DNA of 46,328 nt from a virus: positions 1 through 46,328 of IMG/VR virus record IMGVR_UViG_3300021060_000001; one strand, 5' to 3'. Position 1 is the first letter of the stretch. Every line of letters starts with the position of its first letter. The notes below the pieces were generated by a model. The model made no database searches and was not told where the DNA came from. It saw nothing but the letters and a program-made list of their open reading frames with translations. A program made the translations under genes and the position numbers. Of this stretch, positions 32,313 through 41,017 are shown piece by piece.

Positions 32313-34702
32313 CCCTGAACCCTCCGATAAACCCGCTTCTGCACGCCGCCGATCCTGGCGCGGTGCATCTCGTACCCGCGCTGCTTCAGGTGGGCGACGA
32401 TCCTGATTTCGTGCTCATGCCGGCGTTGATGTGTCGGGATCTGCAACAGGCCCATGATCTGCGCCGTCGTGAACCCGTCGCCGACGTACGTGTCCAGGAA
32501 CGCATCAATCTCGCTTGCCCACGGGTCCTCCTGGTACCGGAGGCGCTGCACCTGGGCGGCGTGCTCGTTCTCGTCGCCCTGCAACCACCACGGCTCGCCG
32601 GCACGGTAGAGGTGGACGGCCTCGGCCCATAGCTGGTCACTGTCTCGGCGCAGGGCGGCGATGTCGATGTCTCCCTGGACCATGACCGGCCAGAACCGGC
32701 GGGCGCCTGTCGCGTCCTTCAGGTATCCCCGGCCGGACGGGTTCACGGTCCCGGCGAGGATACAGCGGCGCGGCATGTCGGTGACGATTTTGCCGTACGG
32801 CAGGCGGATCGCATCGACTTTGCGGGCGACCCACTTTTTGATCGTCTCGGCGTCGGCCTTGTTCAGCGCGTCGAGTTCCGCAATCTCCACGATCACGTTC
32901 CCCTGAAGCTGCATCACCGCGTCTTTCGACCCGATATCGCCCACGTCGTCTGTGAAGAACCGTTGCCCGTTCATAGTCCCGAGGATTTCAAGGGCGGTGG
33001 ATTTCATTTTGCCCTGCGCGCCCTCGATGATGAGCATGTTGTCCACCTTCTCGCCGGTCCGGTTGTCCGAGAGGTTCCGCGCAACACCCGCGATCAACCA
33101 TCGCATTCCAAACACGCGCTCGATCCCGTGGCTTGTCTCGACCACGCCGAGGTAATGAGTGAGCCAGCCGGGCTGTTCGTCACCGCCGAGTAGGCGCGGA
33201 ACACCATCCCATTCCAGGCTCTCGAAATAGTCGCGGACCGGATCGAACCCATGCGCCTCGGCCGCGCTCATGAGGGCAATGCCGGTGCTGCTGTGCGTCG
33301 GCGTGAGGCCGTTCTTTTCGAGCCAGCCCATGGCCCGCGTCACGTCGTTGTCCAGCATCTTCCGGGGCGTCCAGCGTCCGCGCTCGCGCTCCCACGGTGG
33401 AGCCTTGGTGAACGTGACCTCGTTCGAGAAGCGGTTAAGGGTCAGCACGCCGCGCATCATCTCGTGGTGCTCGAAGAACGCGACAAAATTCGCCATGAGC
33501 TTCGGCTTGGGAATGCTGTCCTCGTTTAGGATGAGATGCGCATAGATCCCGCCCGTATCGTCGCGCGGCGGGCGGCGCTTCTTCACCGGGAGCGGGACCA
33601 CGTTTGTGTCGGTCGTGCGGATCTGCGGGACCGGTTCGGGCGCACTGAGCGGGGCGCTGACGGGCTCGATCGACGGCGGGGCATCCGTGGCGGGCTCGGC
33701 CTCGAACGGCCACAGGCGGGCACGGGGGCGTGCCCATTCGAGGCACTGCCGGCCGGTCCAGCCCTCGGCCTCAGCGTCGGCGATGTCCCAGCCTTTCGCG
33801 AGCGTCGGATCGGGCTCGATCACTTTTATCGACCGGGCGCCGGCCGCGTCGGCAAGCTCGGCGAGCCGGTGCGCGGTCTTCACACCGGGCTCGTCGTTAT
33901 CCGGCCAGATCACCACGTCGCGCCCGTCGAGGCAGGCCCACGCGGTTTTGTCCACGTTCTGCGTGCCGCCAACCCACGACAGGTTCACGAGCGACGGCAA
34001 CAGGCGCTCGCCCGCGTCGGCGCACTTCTCGCCTTCCGTGATGAGTACCTGCCCCGTGGCGTTCCGCGCGAGGCGGTCCAGGCCGTACGGGCGCCGACCC
34101 GACTGCTGCATCGGGCGGTGACACCATCCGGTCTGACCGGTCTCTTCGTTCACGCACCACATGATGCAGGGCGTGAGCTTCTTCCCCTCAATCTCGACCC
34201 GCAGGACGTGGGCGTACGCCTTTCCGTCCACGGTCCGATACGTGTGGACCATCGTCGGGGTGTACGTGGTCGTGGGCTTTTCGGGGCGCTTCGGGTTGAA
34301 CAGGGGCGGCGTTCGTTTGCCGGCAGAGATCGCAGGGGCGTCATCCGGAGGCAGGCGAGCGACCCACGCAGCGTACAGGTCAACCGTCGAGATCCGAGGC
34401 GACGCCGCTTGTCGATCCGAGCCCGTGCGCTCGCCGCCAAGGATCGCGCAGGCGCCCGTGAAATCCTCGCCGTCCCATTGCTGGACGAAATCGATCACGT
34501 CGCCTTCCACGCCGCACCCTTGGCACTTGAATTCCTGCGTGCCCTTCTTTCCGGGGTAGATCTGGAACGAGGCGGTGCGTTCGCTGTGAAAGGGACAGCA
34601 CCCGATCCACTCGTTCCCATCGCGCTTGAGTTCGATGCCGCGCTTCGGGAGGTATTCCGACAGCGGGTTGTCTCGCCTGATGGCGTCGGTGTCATACTTC
34701 AC
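32309..34702 (-). CDS. Primase/helicase: CHC2 zinc finger + Toprim + VirE-type P-loop NTPase (797 aa)
   Basis: CCPFHSERTASF...CQGCG (zf-CHC2). VLITEGEKCADA...VIWPDNDEPG (Toprim). IIEGAQGKMKSTALEIL (Walker A). Confidence 0.9.
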   Translation of the reverse strand: MKYDTDAIRRDNPLSEYLPKRGIELKRDGNEWIGCCPFHSERTASFQIYPGKKGTQEFKCQGCGVEGDVIDFVQQWDGEDFTGACAILGGERTGSDRQAASPRISTVDLYAAWVARLPPDDAPAISAGKRTPPLFNPKRPEKPTTTYTPTMVHTYRTVDGKAYAHVLRVEIEGKKLTPCIMWCVNEETGQTGWCHRPMQQSGRRPYGLDRLARNATGQVLITEGEKCADAGERLLPSLVNLSWVGGTQNVDKTAWACLDGRDVVIWPDNDEPGVKTAHRLAELADAAGARSIKVIEPDPTLAKGWDIADAEAEGWTGRQCLEWARPRARLWPFEAEPATDAPPSIEPVSAPLSAPEPVPQIRTTDTNVVPLPVKKRRPPRDDTGGIYAHLILNEDSIPKPKLMANFVAFFEHHEMMRGVLTLNRFSNEVTFTKAPPWERERGRWTPRKMLDNDVTRAMGWLEKNGLTPTHSSTGIALMSAAEAHGFDPVRDYFESLEWDGVPRLLGGDEQPGWLTHYLGVVETSHGIERVFGMRWLIAGVARNLSDNRTGEKVDNMLIIEGAQGKMKSTALEILGTMNGQRFFTDDVGDIGSKDAVMQLQGNVIVEIAELDALNKADAETIKKWVARKVDAIRLPYGKIVTDMPRRCILAGTVNPSGRGYLKDATGARRFWPVMVQGDIDIAALRRDSDQLWAEAVHLYRAGEPWWLQGDENEHAAQVQRLRYQEDPWASEIDAFLDTYVGDGFTTAQIMGLLQIPTHQRRHEHEIRIVAHLKQRGYEMHRARIGGVQKRVYRRVQG

Positions 34703-34754
34703 AGGAAATCCGCCCGCTGTCCCCGGCCGCTCGGATTACGCGATCCCTGGCGGA

Positions 34755-35108
34755 TCACCAAATGAGCGAGGCAAGGACGTAGCCGACGAAACAGGCTTGC
34801 GCGATGATGACGGCGCAGGTCCCGAGCACGATGAACAGACGGTCTCGGTCTGCGGCGCGGGTGATTTCGTCGTCGGTGGGCTCCACGGGATCGTACCTTT
34901 CGGACAGGTCCACGAACTGTTGATCGTGGATCATACGCGAGGCGATGTCGTCGGGGTAGCCGGTCCAGGCCGGGTCAGCGAATCGGCGCGTGTCGTTCGC
35001 CGGCAGGGTGATGCGGTTCGGGCTCGTCGTCGCGAACACTTCCAATGGCCTACCGGCCAATTCGGAAAGGTCGGCTTCATCGAACAGCGGTGCGTATGTG
35101 GTGGTCAT
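34755..35108 (-). CDS. Hypothetical protein with a C-terminal TM anchor (117 aa)
   Basis: GAGGGGA SD upstream. C-terminal LFIVLGTCAVIIAQACFVGYVLASLIW. Confidence 0.6.
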   Translation of the reverse strand: MTTTYAPLFDEADLSELAGRPLEVFATTSPNRITLPANDTRRFADPAWTGYPDDIASRMIHDQQFVDLSERYDPVEPTDDEITRAADRDRLFIVLGTCAVIIAQACFVGYVLASLIW

Positions 35109-35125
35109 CGTTTTCCCCTCTAAAG

Positions 35126-35215
35126 TTAAAGCTCACCGCGCGCCCACAGGTGCAGGGTGTAGAGTATGGCCGCTCCAAGCGCCCAGAATAGCAGGATTGC
35201 GAGGATGCCCTTCAT
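35126..35215 (-). CDS. 29-aa hydrophobic micropeptide candidate
   Basis: I translated it by hand: MKGILAILLFWALGAAILYTLHLWARGEL. ATGA overlap with the upstream gene's stop. Confidence 0.35.
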   Translation of the reverse strand: MKGILAILLFWALGAAILYTLHLWARGEL

Positions 35216-35403
35216 GGCCCGACGTACCGGGTGCACATGAGACGGGAACGGCTGAAATCATAGTACGCGCGGGCGCCGGTCCCAGGGTCTCGGGCCTCGA
35301 CGCATGACGTGCCAATGATCTTTACTTCGATTGGCATCGTGCTCGGTCCGATACGACCGATTAGGGCTTTCGCGGCGCGCTTCAGGGCCTCGTTCTTATC
35401 CAT
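35212..35403 (-). CDS. Hypothetical small protein (63 aa)
   Basis: GGGGGA lies 5 nt upstream of ATG 35403. It is the inner part of track ORF 35212..35433. Confidence 0.5.
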   Translation of the reverse strand: MDKNEALKRAAKALIGRIGPSTMPIEVKIIGTSCVEARDPGTGARAYYDFSRSRLMCTRYVGP

Positions 35404-35464
35404 GGTCGTCCCCCTTGATGGTTCCCGCCGCACGACTGCGCGGCGGGTTCACAATCGCGCTAAC

Positions 35465-35479
35465 TTGACGTCGCGTCAA
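35465..35479. promoter_or_regulatory. Operator site S2, TTGACGTCGCGTCAA (perfect TTGACG/CGTCAA arms), in an internal intergenic gap of the minus-strand operon
   Basis: Read directly. Flanked by C/G to give CTTGACG-TCG-CGTCAAG. A hairpin CCCGCCGC...GCGGCGGG lies between it and the next start codon. Confidence 0.5.
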
Positions 35480-35515
35480 GTAGCTGTTGGGGCGCGTCGT
35501 ATACAGCCCGCGCCC

Positions 35516-36127
35516 TTAGCCATCGGTCCGGCCTCCGGGGGTGGTCGGCGGGGCGGGCAGGGGCTGCCAGTGGGTCGCGACCTGAATGCCCTCAAGCTCG
35601 ACCTCGCGGACATCGCCGCTGTCGTCTAGAACGACCCAACGCCCCTCGTCCCACCAAGCGCCGGGTTGGCGCCATTGTAGATCGGCGAGGTGATCGACCA
35701 TCCACAGATCGACCTCCGTCTCATCCTTCGGCGCCGTCTCGATGGGCTGCCAGCCCTCAGCCCGTGCGGAGGCGACAGCCTCGGATAGGGTGGTGGGATC
35801 GATGAGGCGGCCGGCGCGGAAGGCGTTGACCAAGGCGACGATGAAGGTGGCGTTGGCCTCCGACACCGCATCCCATGCGCGGAACCACTCGTCGTCACTC
35901 TCCTCGTGGATCATGCCGACCGTGCTGTTGTGGCTCTCGAACAGGACGCCGGGCTTGCCGTAGCGGGTCTCCGCTTCGGTCATGATGACGGCGGTGTCGT
36001 AACCCTCGCTGGTGTCCTCGCTCGAGCCATAGGACCCGTCCGACTTCTCGGCCTCGGCGAACCACGGCCCTGCGGTCGCCGCCTCGGAAAGCTCCCGCAA
36101 GCTCGGCGCGCTCGTTGTCTCAGCCAT
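35516..36127 (-). CDS. Ead/Ea22-like N-domain plus DUF551-like C-domain protein (203 aa)
   Basis: LSEAATAGPWFAE near the N-terminus. GWQPIETAPKDETEVDLW...ATHWQPLPAPP at the C-terminus. The ATG 36127 start is preferred over 36169. Confidence 0.6.
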   Translation of the reverse strand: MAETTSAPSLRELSEAATAGPWFAEAEKSDGSYGSSEDTSEGYDTAVIMTEAETRYGKPGVLFESHNSTVGMIHEESDDEWFRAWDAVSEANATFIVALVNAFRAGRLIDPTTLSEAVASARAEGWQPIETAPKDETEVDLWMVDHLADLQWRQPGAWWDEGRWVVLDDSGDVREVELEGIQVATHWQPLPAPPTTPGGRTDG

Positions 36128-36701
36128 GGGGTTGCTCCTTCGGAGAGAGGGTTTCGAGGAGGCGTGCAACCGCGCGCTCGCGGGCGACTCGGTAGCCGCC
36201 GTTGCCGTCCGGCCTATCGACGCCGTACTCGGCGTTCCAGCCCTCCGCAGAGATGTCGAAGCCTGCGTCGAATGCCTTAGCCAGGGCCGCCTCCATCCCC
36301 TCCTTGAGGCGGGTGTTCTCGGCTTCGGCGGCGAGGGCGCGGCGCTCGGCGCCCTGAGCGGCCTCCCGGCACTCGTCGCAGATTACGGTGATAATCCGCG
36401 CGGCGCTTTCATCGACGCTGGCCGCCTTCCATCTCTCGTGGATGGCAAGCAGTGTCATCGCCTGTCCGAGGGCTTCGCCTGCAAGTGCAGCGCATCCATC
36501 CCGCTCGGCGATGAGCAAGGCGAGGGGGCCGGCGATGAGGGCGTCGGCCTTGGAAAGCGACTTGTCGCGGTAGATGACCGCCGCTACGTACATCCGCCCG
36601 TCGGGACGATCTTTCCAATCGTCCCACACCCGCCATGCATCAGGATCAATACACCTCGCCAGCGCCTCGCGCAGGCCGTTCCGGTCTTCGGGGGCGTTCA
36701 T
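36120..36701 (-). CDS. Hypothetical protein (193 aa)
   Basis: ATGA overlap with the upstream gene. Coding-like frame. No motif recognised. Confidence 0.6.
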   Translation of the reverse strand: MNAPEDRNGLREALARCIDPDAWRVWDDWKDRPDGRMYVAAVIYRDKSLSKADALIAGPLALLIAERDGCAALAGEALGQAMTLLAIHERWKAASVDESAARIITVICDECREAAQGAERRALAAEAENTRLKEGMEAALAKAFDAGFDISAEGWNAEYGVDRPDGNGGYRVARERAVARLLETLSPKEQPHG

Positions 36702-37078
36702 GCGGAGGCCCTAAAAATCGAGAGAACAGCGCCGTTGACGAGAATGTGCAGGGTGTTGTCGGCGACGATAAGCAGCCAGACGGACAGCCAGGCCGGCACA
36801 TCGTCGCCGTAGCCGGTGGCCGTCACCGGCCCGCGCGCACCGTTCTTCGCCCAGACCACGAACCGGGCGAGCCGCCAGCGGTCCACGATGAAGTGCGTGA
36901 CGCAGATCAGTGCGAGCGCCACCGGGCTCCACGTGATGAAGGCGAACGGCAGCGTGTAGGTGACGGCGTGCACTGCCGCTGCGACGCTGTTGCGGGTCTT
37001 CTCCGTCGCCATCCAGTGCGACTGAAGGAGGTAGTCGCCCACGAGATGGGCCACGATCTGGTCTGCGGTGAAGATCAT
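36698..37078 (-). CDS. DUF3307-like membrane protein (126 aa)
   Basis: HLVGDYLLQSHWMATEK motif plus hydrophobic helices. TGATG overlap with the upstream gene (alternative GTG start at 37081). Confidence 0.6.
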   Translation of the reverse strand: MIFTADQIVAHLVGDYLLQSHWMATEKTRNSVAAAVHAVTYTLPFAFITWSPVALALICVTHFIVDRWRLARFVVWAKNGARGPVTATGYGDDVPAWLSVWLLIVADNTLHILVNGAVLSIFRASA

Positions 37079-38316
37079 CACGCCCGGCCTCCGTCAGCGG
37101 CCGGTGCGGCGGCGATCATGACGCGATAGATATCCGCAACTGAGATGGCGGCCTGCTTTTGATGGGCGACCAGGATCTCCTCTTCGCCAATCTCGACCAT
37201 GATTTCGTTCGGCTCGCGCGGCACCAGCACGAACCCGTCTCCTGGCCGTGCCGCTGGAGCGATGGAGAGGGCGGCGAACTCCGGGCGCTGAAGCACGCGG
37301 TCTACGATTTCTTGGACGGCGCCGTACCTGTCGCAATGCTCGTCCACGTCGTCGCCGGGGGCGTGGGTCCAGGCAAGGCCCATCACCTCGGCCGCGACGG
37401 CGCTTGCTAGATCGGGGACGTACTCGTCTGAGCCGAACAGGGCTTCCACCCCTGCCGGTGTCTCGGCCTTGGGCGGTTGGCAGGTGAGGGACTTTAGACC
37501 CTCATGAATTGCTCGAAGTTGGTCGTCGCTCGGCCTATCCTGAAGCGAGATTAGGACGGCTCTGTCGTTGTCGAACATGCGAGACACGCCAACTACCTTC
37601 ACGGCCTCCCGCACCCCCGTCTCGTCTTCACCCGCCGGGGCGGGTTGGGCGAGGCGTGTCTTCACGACCAGGGTCCCGCCGAACAAGGCATGCAGCATTC
37701 GAGCGTCTTCGGGAATATTGTCGATTGCCTCCTGGGGCGTGGCCCCCACCCCGGCATCCGGCGTCTTGGGGTCTGCCGGGGTGAGGGCGGCGAGACGATT
37801 GCGGGACTGATTCACCCGGATCAGGATGCGCCCGGCCTCCTCGCGCAGGCGGGCTTGCACGTCGGGAGGCGTGATCGTGACCCGCCGGCCGTTGCCCCGA
37901 TAGCCATCATCATCGGGGTGCGTCGGCCACGTTGCGCACTTGTCGTATCCGCGCTCCTCGTGGAGGTGTTCGGCGAGTTCCTCGATCTCGCGCTCGCGGT
38001 CCACCCCCGCCGCGACCGGCCCTTGTACGGCGGGTTGCGGGCTGGCGAGGGCGGGTAGAAGCGCGAGAACGGCAGTTGCAGCCTCTTCGACGCCGCGCAC
38101 CTCAAATGGGTCGGGGGTCTGCGTATATACGGCACCTCGGATTGCATCCTCAACCGCCTCCCGCAGGCCCGCCCCCTCTCCCTCAGGTGGGGTGAAGAGG
38201 AGCGCGGCGGCGGTGTTGAGGGCGGCCGTCGAAACGTGGTTCCAGCTATGGAGAACGCGCGCCTGCCGCAGCGCATCCGCGAGCTTCTGGCCGTCTTCGG
38301 TCAACTTCGTCGTCAT
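37078..38316 (-). CDS. Hypothetical protein (412 aa)
   Basis: GGAGGGGA lies 4 nt upstream of ATG 38316. ATGA overlap with the upstream gene's stop. No motif recognised. Confidence 0.65.
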   Translation of the reverse strand: MTTKLTEDGQKLADALRQARVLHSWNHVSTAALNTAAALLFTPPEGEGAGLREAVEDAIRGAVYTQTPDPFEVRGVEEAATAVLALLPALASPQPAVQGPVAAGVDREREIEELAEHLHEERGYDKCATWPTHPDDDGYRGNGRRVTITPPDVQARLREEAGRILIRVNQSRNRLAALTPADPKTPDAGVGATPQEAIDNIPEDARMLHALFGGTLVVKTRLAQPAPAGEDETGVREAVKVVGVSRMFDNDRAVLISLQDRPSDDQLRAIHEGLKSLTCQPPKAETPAGVEALFGSDEYVPDLASAVAAEVMGLAWTHAPGDDVDEHCDRYGAVQEIVDRVLQRPEFAALSIAPAARPGDGFVLVPREPNEIMVEIGEEEILVAHQKQAAISVADIYRVMIAAAPAADGGRA

Positions 38317-38807
38317 TTCGTCCCCTCCGTAACTTGATCGCACGTCAACCTATCACACGCCACCAGTTCGTCAAACCGGGCGGCGCTCTCGGCATCCATG
38401 TACCAGCCGTGGATCGACCAGTTCCGTATCGTAACGCCGGCTTTCTTCAGCGTTGTCCGCGCGCGGTGGACGGCCGAATACACGCTCTGCTCCGCCCGTG
38501 GCCCCTCGGGGCGCTGACGATCATACATGCTGTCCCAGATCTCGCGGCGATCCGCCTGTCGCGGATGTGCTTCACGGATCGCCAGAGCGGCTCTCCAGGC
38601 CAAGTTCGACATTCCGAGCGGGTTCGGGGCCGGCACGACGGGCACGTCTGCGTACACGCCTCCGAACTGACGCCCCCGGCACGCCAGAACCTTGAGCGAG
38701 TTTTTCGATCTGCCGAGGGTGTCCGCGATCTCTTTCCACGGCACGCGCTGGGACCGCATCCAGCGAATGCGTTCGGCGTGTTCGAGCGGGTGGATCTGGC
38801 GGGTCAT
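38313..38807 (-). CDS. Putative DNA-binding regulator (164 aa): N-terminal HTH plus a winged-helix-like C-terminal part
   Basis: RIRWMRSQRVPWKEIADTLGRSKNSLKVL (HTH-like). SVYSAVHRARTTLKKAGVTIRNWSIHGWYM (OmpR-like wing pattern). Confidence 0.5.
   Translation of the reverse strand: MTRQIHPLEHAERIRWMRSQRVPWKEIADTLGRSKNSLKVLACRGRQFGGVYADVPVVPAPNPLGMSNLAWRAALAIREAHPRQADRREIWDSMYDRQRPEGPRAEQSVYSAVHRARTTLKKAGVTIRNWSIHGWYMDAESAARFDELVACDRLTCDQVTEGTK
38334..38348. promoter_or_regulatory. Operator-like site S4, TTGATCGCACGTCAA (degenerate left arm), just upstream of the 38316 start and inside the end of the preceding CDS
   Basis: Read directly. Same spacing and same right arm as S1 and S2. Confidence 0.3.
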
Positions 38808-39271
38808 CGCGGCATTCTCCAGGCTAACACCACCACCCGGCGCAGTCGGTTCGCGCCGCGCCCCTTCCCCGGCACCATCTCGTCGCTCACGACCTCGACC
38901 TCACCGGCCTCGATCATCGCCTCGGCGGCAATCATCCGCGCGGCTTCATCCTCGCTCACGCTCACGGTCGCGCCAGGCTTCAGCGCGTTTTTCAGCACCG
39001 CCCGCTCACGCTCTACGGTATCCGCGTGCGGCTTCGACTTCGGGCGCGGGCGTATGACCGGCTCGACGTACACCTTCGCGTGCCGCGTCGTGTACATCGT
39101 GCGGTCGCCCTCATCCTCGATCACGAAAAACCACGCGCTGAACGGCCACTTCTCCAGCGTGTCTCGATACCGCTCCAGCACGGTTCCCAGCCGCCATTCG
39201 GCCCCGCGCCTGTACCGCACGCGGCTCCCGATCCTGACGGGCTCCGGCTTCCAGTTATCGAGCGTTTTCAT
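38804..39271 (-). CDS. Hypothetical protein (155 aa)
   Basis: ATGA overlaps at both ends. No motif recognised. Confidence 0.6.
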   Translation of the reverse strand: MKTLDNWKPEPVRIGSRVRYRRGAEWRLGTVLERYRDTLEKWPFSAWFFVIEDEGDRTMYTTRHAKVYVEPVIRPRPKSKPHADTVERERAVLKNALKPGATVSVSEDEAARMIAAEAMIEAGEVEVVSDEMVPGKGRGANRLRRVVVLAWRMPR

Positions 39272-40308
39272 ATCCGGTCCTCCCCAATCCGCGCTATCGC
39301 CAGCGTCCGCCGCATCCGACGTGTGTTCTCGCCGGCCACCATCCTCCCCGCCTGGACGCGGGACACTTCGTCGCTCAGCTTCCGCACCAACCCGTCTTCG
39401 ACCAGGGCGAGCGCCGCCGCCAGCCGCACCGGCTGATCGTCCGTCACCTTCACAGGCAGGCCGGTCATCACCAGCGCCATCAACGCCTGTTTCTGCCGGC
39501 GGACCTGTCCGTCCTTCAGCGCCGGGCTCTGCGGAGCCTTTGCGCGCACCGGCCGGCTATCCTCTCTCGGCGGCGGCTTCAGCTTCAGCCGGTCCATCAG
39601 CGCCAACGCCAATTCCCGGCTTTCGGGCAGGGTCCGGCTTTTCGGGGCCAGCACCTGTTTCAATCGGGCATACGCCATCCGTAACTGCCGTCCGGTCAAC
39701 TCGTCACCGCGCTCAACCAACAACCGCACGCGTTCCAGCGACATCGTTTTCTGACGCGTCTCGCCCGGCGCCCGCACCTCGACCGGCGTGCGGATCGCAT
39801 ACCGACCCTTCCGCGTCACTGGCTTGTGCGCAGTCACCATCGCTCGCGAGTGCGCCATCCTCATATGCGCCGCCTCTCGCCGCGCGTCGTACACGTCCGC
39901 CGGCAGGATACCCTGGTCCTCGTCTAGCCTCAGCTTCACCATGTCCCGCGCGGCCATGTACGCAGCGGACATCCGCACGAACCCACGCTTGGCGTGCTCG
40001 ACGTACGGACATCTCAGTTCGGCGACCTCGTACACGTACGCTCGCCGCATCCCGAAAAACGCGGCGACGGACCCGGTGACGGGGGCGCGACCGTTCATGA
40101 TTTGGCTCAGATGCGCCACGGACAGCCCCACGTCGGCCGCGAACTCGGCCGTGGTCGAATAGGTCAGGGATACCCTATGCAACTCATCCGTGATTGATGA
40201 CGCGTCAAACAACCCGGCAGGAAGGGTGGGGGTAAATCCACCCCCAGGATCGCCGATGGGGTCGGGCTGCAACTCACAATCCGATGGAGGATCATTCAGC
40301 GATTTCAT
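39268..40308 (-). CDS. HTH-containing early protein (346 aa), first gene of the leftward early operon
   Basis: GGAGGT lies 7 nt upstream of ATG 40308 (the ATG at 40314 is only 1 nt from the SD). XRE-like TTAEFAADVGLSVAHLSQIMNGRAPVT. Confidence 0.65.
   Translation of the reverse strand: MKSLNDPPSDCELQPDPIGDPGGGFTPTLPAGLFDASSITDELHRVSLTYSTTAEFAADVGLSVAHLSQIMNGRAPVTGSVAAFFGMRRAYVYEVAELRCPYVEHAKRGFVRMSAAYMAARDMVKLRLDEDQGILPADVYDARREAAHMRMAHSRAMVTAHKPVTRKGRYAIRTPVEVRAPGETRQKTMSLERVRLLVERGDELTGRQLRMAYARLKQVLAPKSRTLPESRELALALMDRLKLKPPPREDSRPVRAKAPQSPALKDGQVRRQKQALMALVMTGLPVKVTDDQPVRLAAALALVEDGLVRKLSDEVSRVQAGRMVAGENTRRMRRTLAIARIGEDRI
40194..40208. promoter_or_regulatory. Operator-like site S3, TTGATGACGCGTCAA, about 100 nt inside the 5' end of the 39268-40308 CDS
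   Basis: Read directly. One mismatch from the TTGACG arm. Confidence 0.3.
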
Positions 40309-40502
40309 ATACATAACCTCCGCTGGGCTTCCATAAACACACGTACCTCGATGTTTTTAAAAGACCTCTATGCGTAACATAGATTTGCCGGGCGCCATCG
40401 GTATATATCAGCTTGTATCATAATGGCAAGCTACCAAAACAATGTTACTAAGAACATCTCGAATCTCTACTACTCAGTGAACTCAGTATGTAAGATATTG
40501 AT

Positions 40503-40569
40503 ATGATTGAGGTTTTTGATGAATTAGGGGTGGTTAGTATTGAAATCATTGAGGTTTTCGGTTTTGATG
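40503..40569. repeat. Iteron-like direct repeats: ATGATTGAGGTTTTTGATG (40503-40521) and ATCATTGAGGTTTTC-GGTTTTGATG (40545-40569)
   Basis: Read directly. GGTTTT occurs three times (40511, 40553, 40560). Confidence 0.45.
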
Positions 40570-40631
40570 TAGATGTGGGAAAATTTCTCACTTATTACAT
40601 ACCGACCGGACGGTCTGGGAAATCAGTCCTG

Positions 40632-40646
40632 TTGATCCTTCGTCAA
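40632..40646. promoter_or_regulatory. Operator-like site S5, TTGATCCTTCGTCAA, 40 nt upstream of the first rightward early ORF
   Basis: Read directly. Same architecture as S1-S4. Confidence 0.4.
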
Positions 40647-40685
40647 GTTTGTGGTGTGGTGGGTGGGTTGATGGAGGGGGATGGG

Positions 40686-40778
40686 ATGATGAACAGGATT
40701 GGATTGGCCGTCGTTGGCGGCGCTTTTGGAGGGCTCGTCGTGGTCCTCGGCGAACTCCTGATCGAGGCGAGCAAGTGA
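40686..40778 (+). CDS. 30-aa hydrophobic peptide candidate (MMNRIGLAVVGGAFGGLVVVLGELLIEASK)
   Basis: GGAGGGGGA lies 5 nt upstream of ATG 40686. It is the GC-rich 3' part of track ORF 40503..40778, whose AT-rich 5' part is the repeat region. Confidence 0.35.
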   Translation: MMNRIGLAVVGGAFGGLVVVLGELLIEASK

Positions 40779-41017
40779 TGGCCGTGTGGTCGCGTCCGGT
40801 GGTGTGGGAGCGGCGGAACAGGGGCCGTGTCGTCCTGCACGATCTTGTGCCTCCGCAGGCCCATAGCGTGGACGAGTTCTGCGAACTCTCGCGCCGCCGC
40901 TCCCGCCCCTTCCCAAGCCAGCCAGGGCCGCTCAACACCCCTGCCGGCCTCAAGCCGATGATCGACCTGATGCAGCGGGCCAGGGACCGCGAGACGTATG
41001 GAGGGGCCTGTGACTGA
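40778..41017 (+). CDS. Hypothetical basic early protein (79 aa)
   Basis: TGATG overlap with the preceding peptide ORF. It is the inner part of track ORF 40649..41017. Confidence 0.5.
   Translation: MAVWSRPVVWERRNRGRVVLHDLVPPQAHSVDEFCELSRRRSRPFPSQPGPLNTPAGLKPMIDLMQRARDRETYGGACD

Larger units (their letters stand above)
40309..40685. promoter_or_regulatory. AT-rich divergent control region between the leftward and rightward early operons; candidate early promoters and/or replication origin
   Basis: Only 20 G+C in the 60 nt 40441-40500, against 47 in 15301-15360. Several inverted and direct repeats, operator-like site S5, and a G-tract run upstream of the first rightward ORF. Confidence 0.5.

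Noticed and set aside
40503-40778. 91-aa ORF spanning the AT-rich repeats and the GC-rich segment.
   Set aside because: Its N-terminal two-thirds merely translate the iteron-like DNA repeats (IEVF...IEIIEVF) and have no SD. Only the last 30 codons have an SD (GGAGGGGGA) and genome-like composition. I therefore split it into a repeat region plus a candidate 30-aa peptide.
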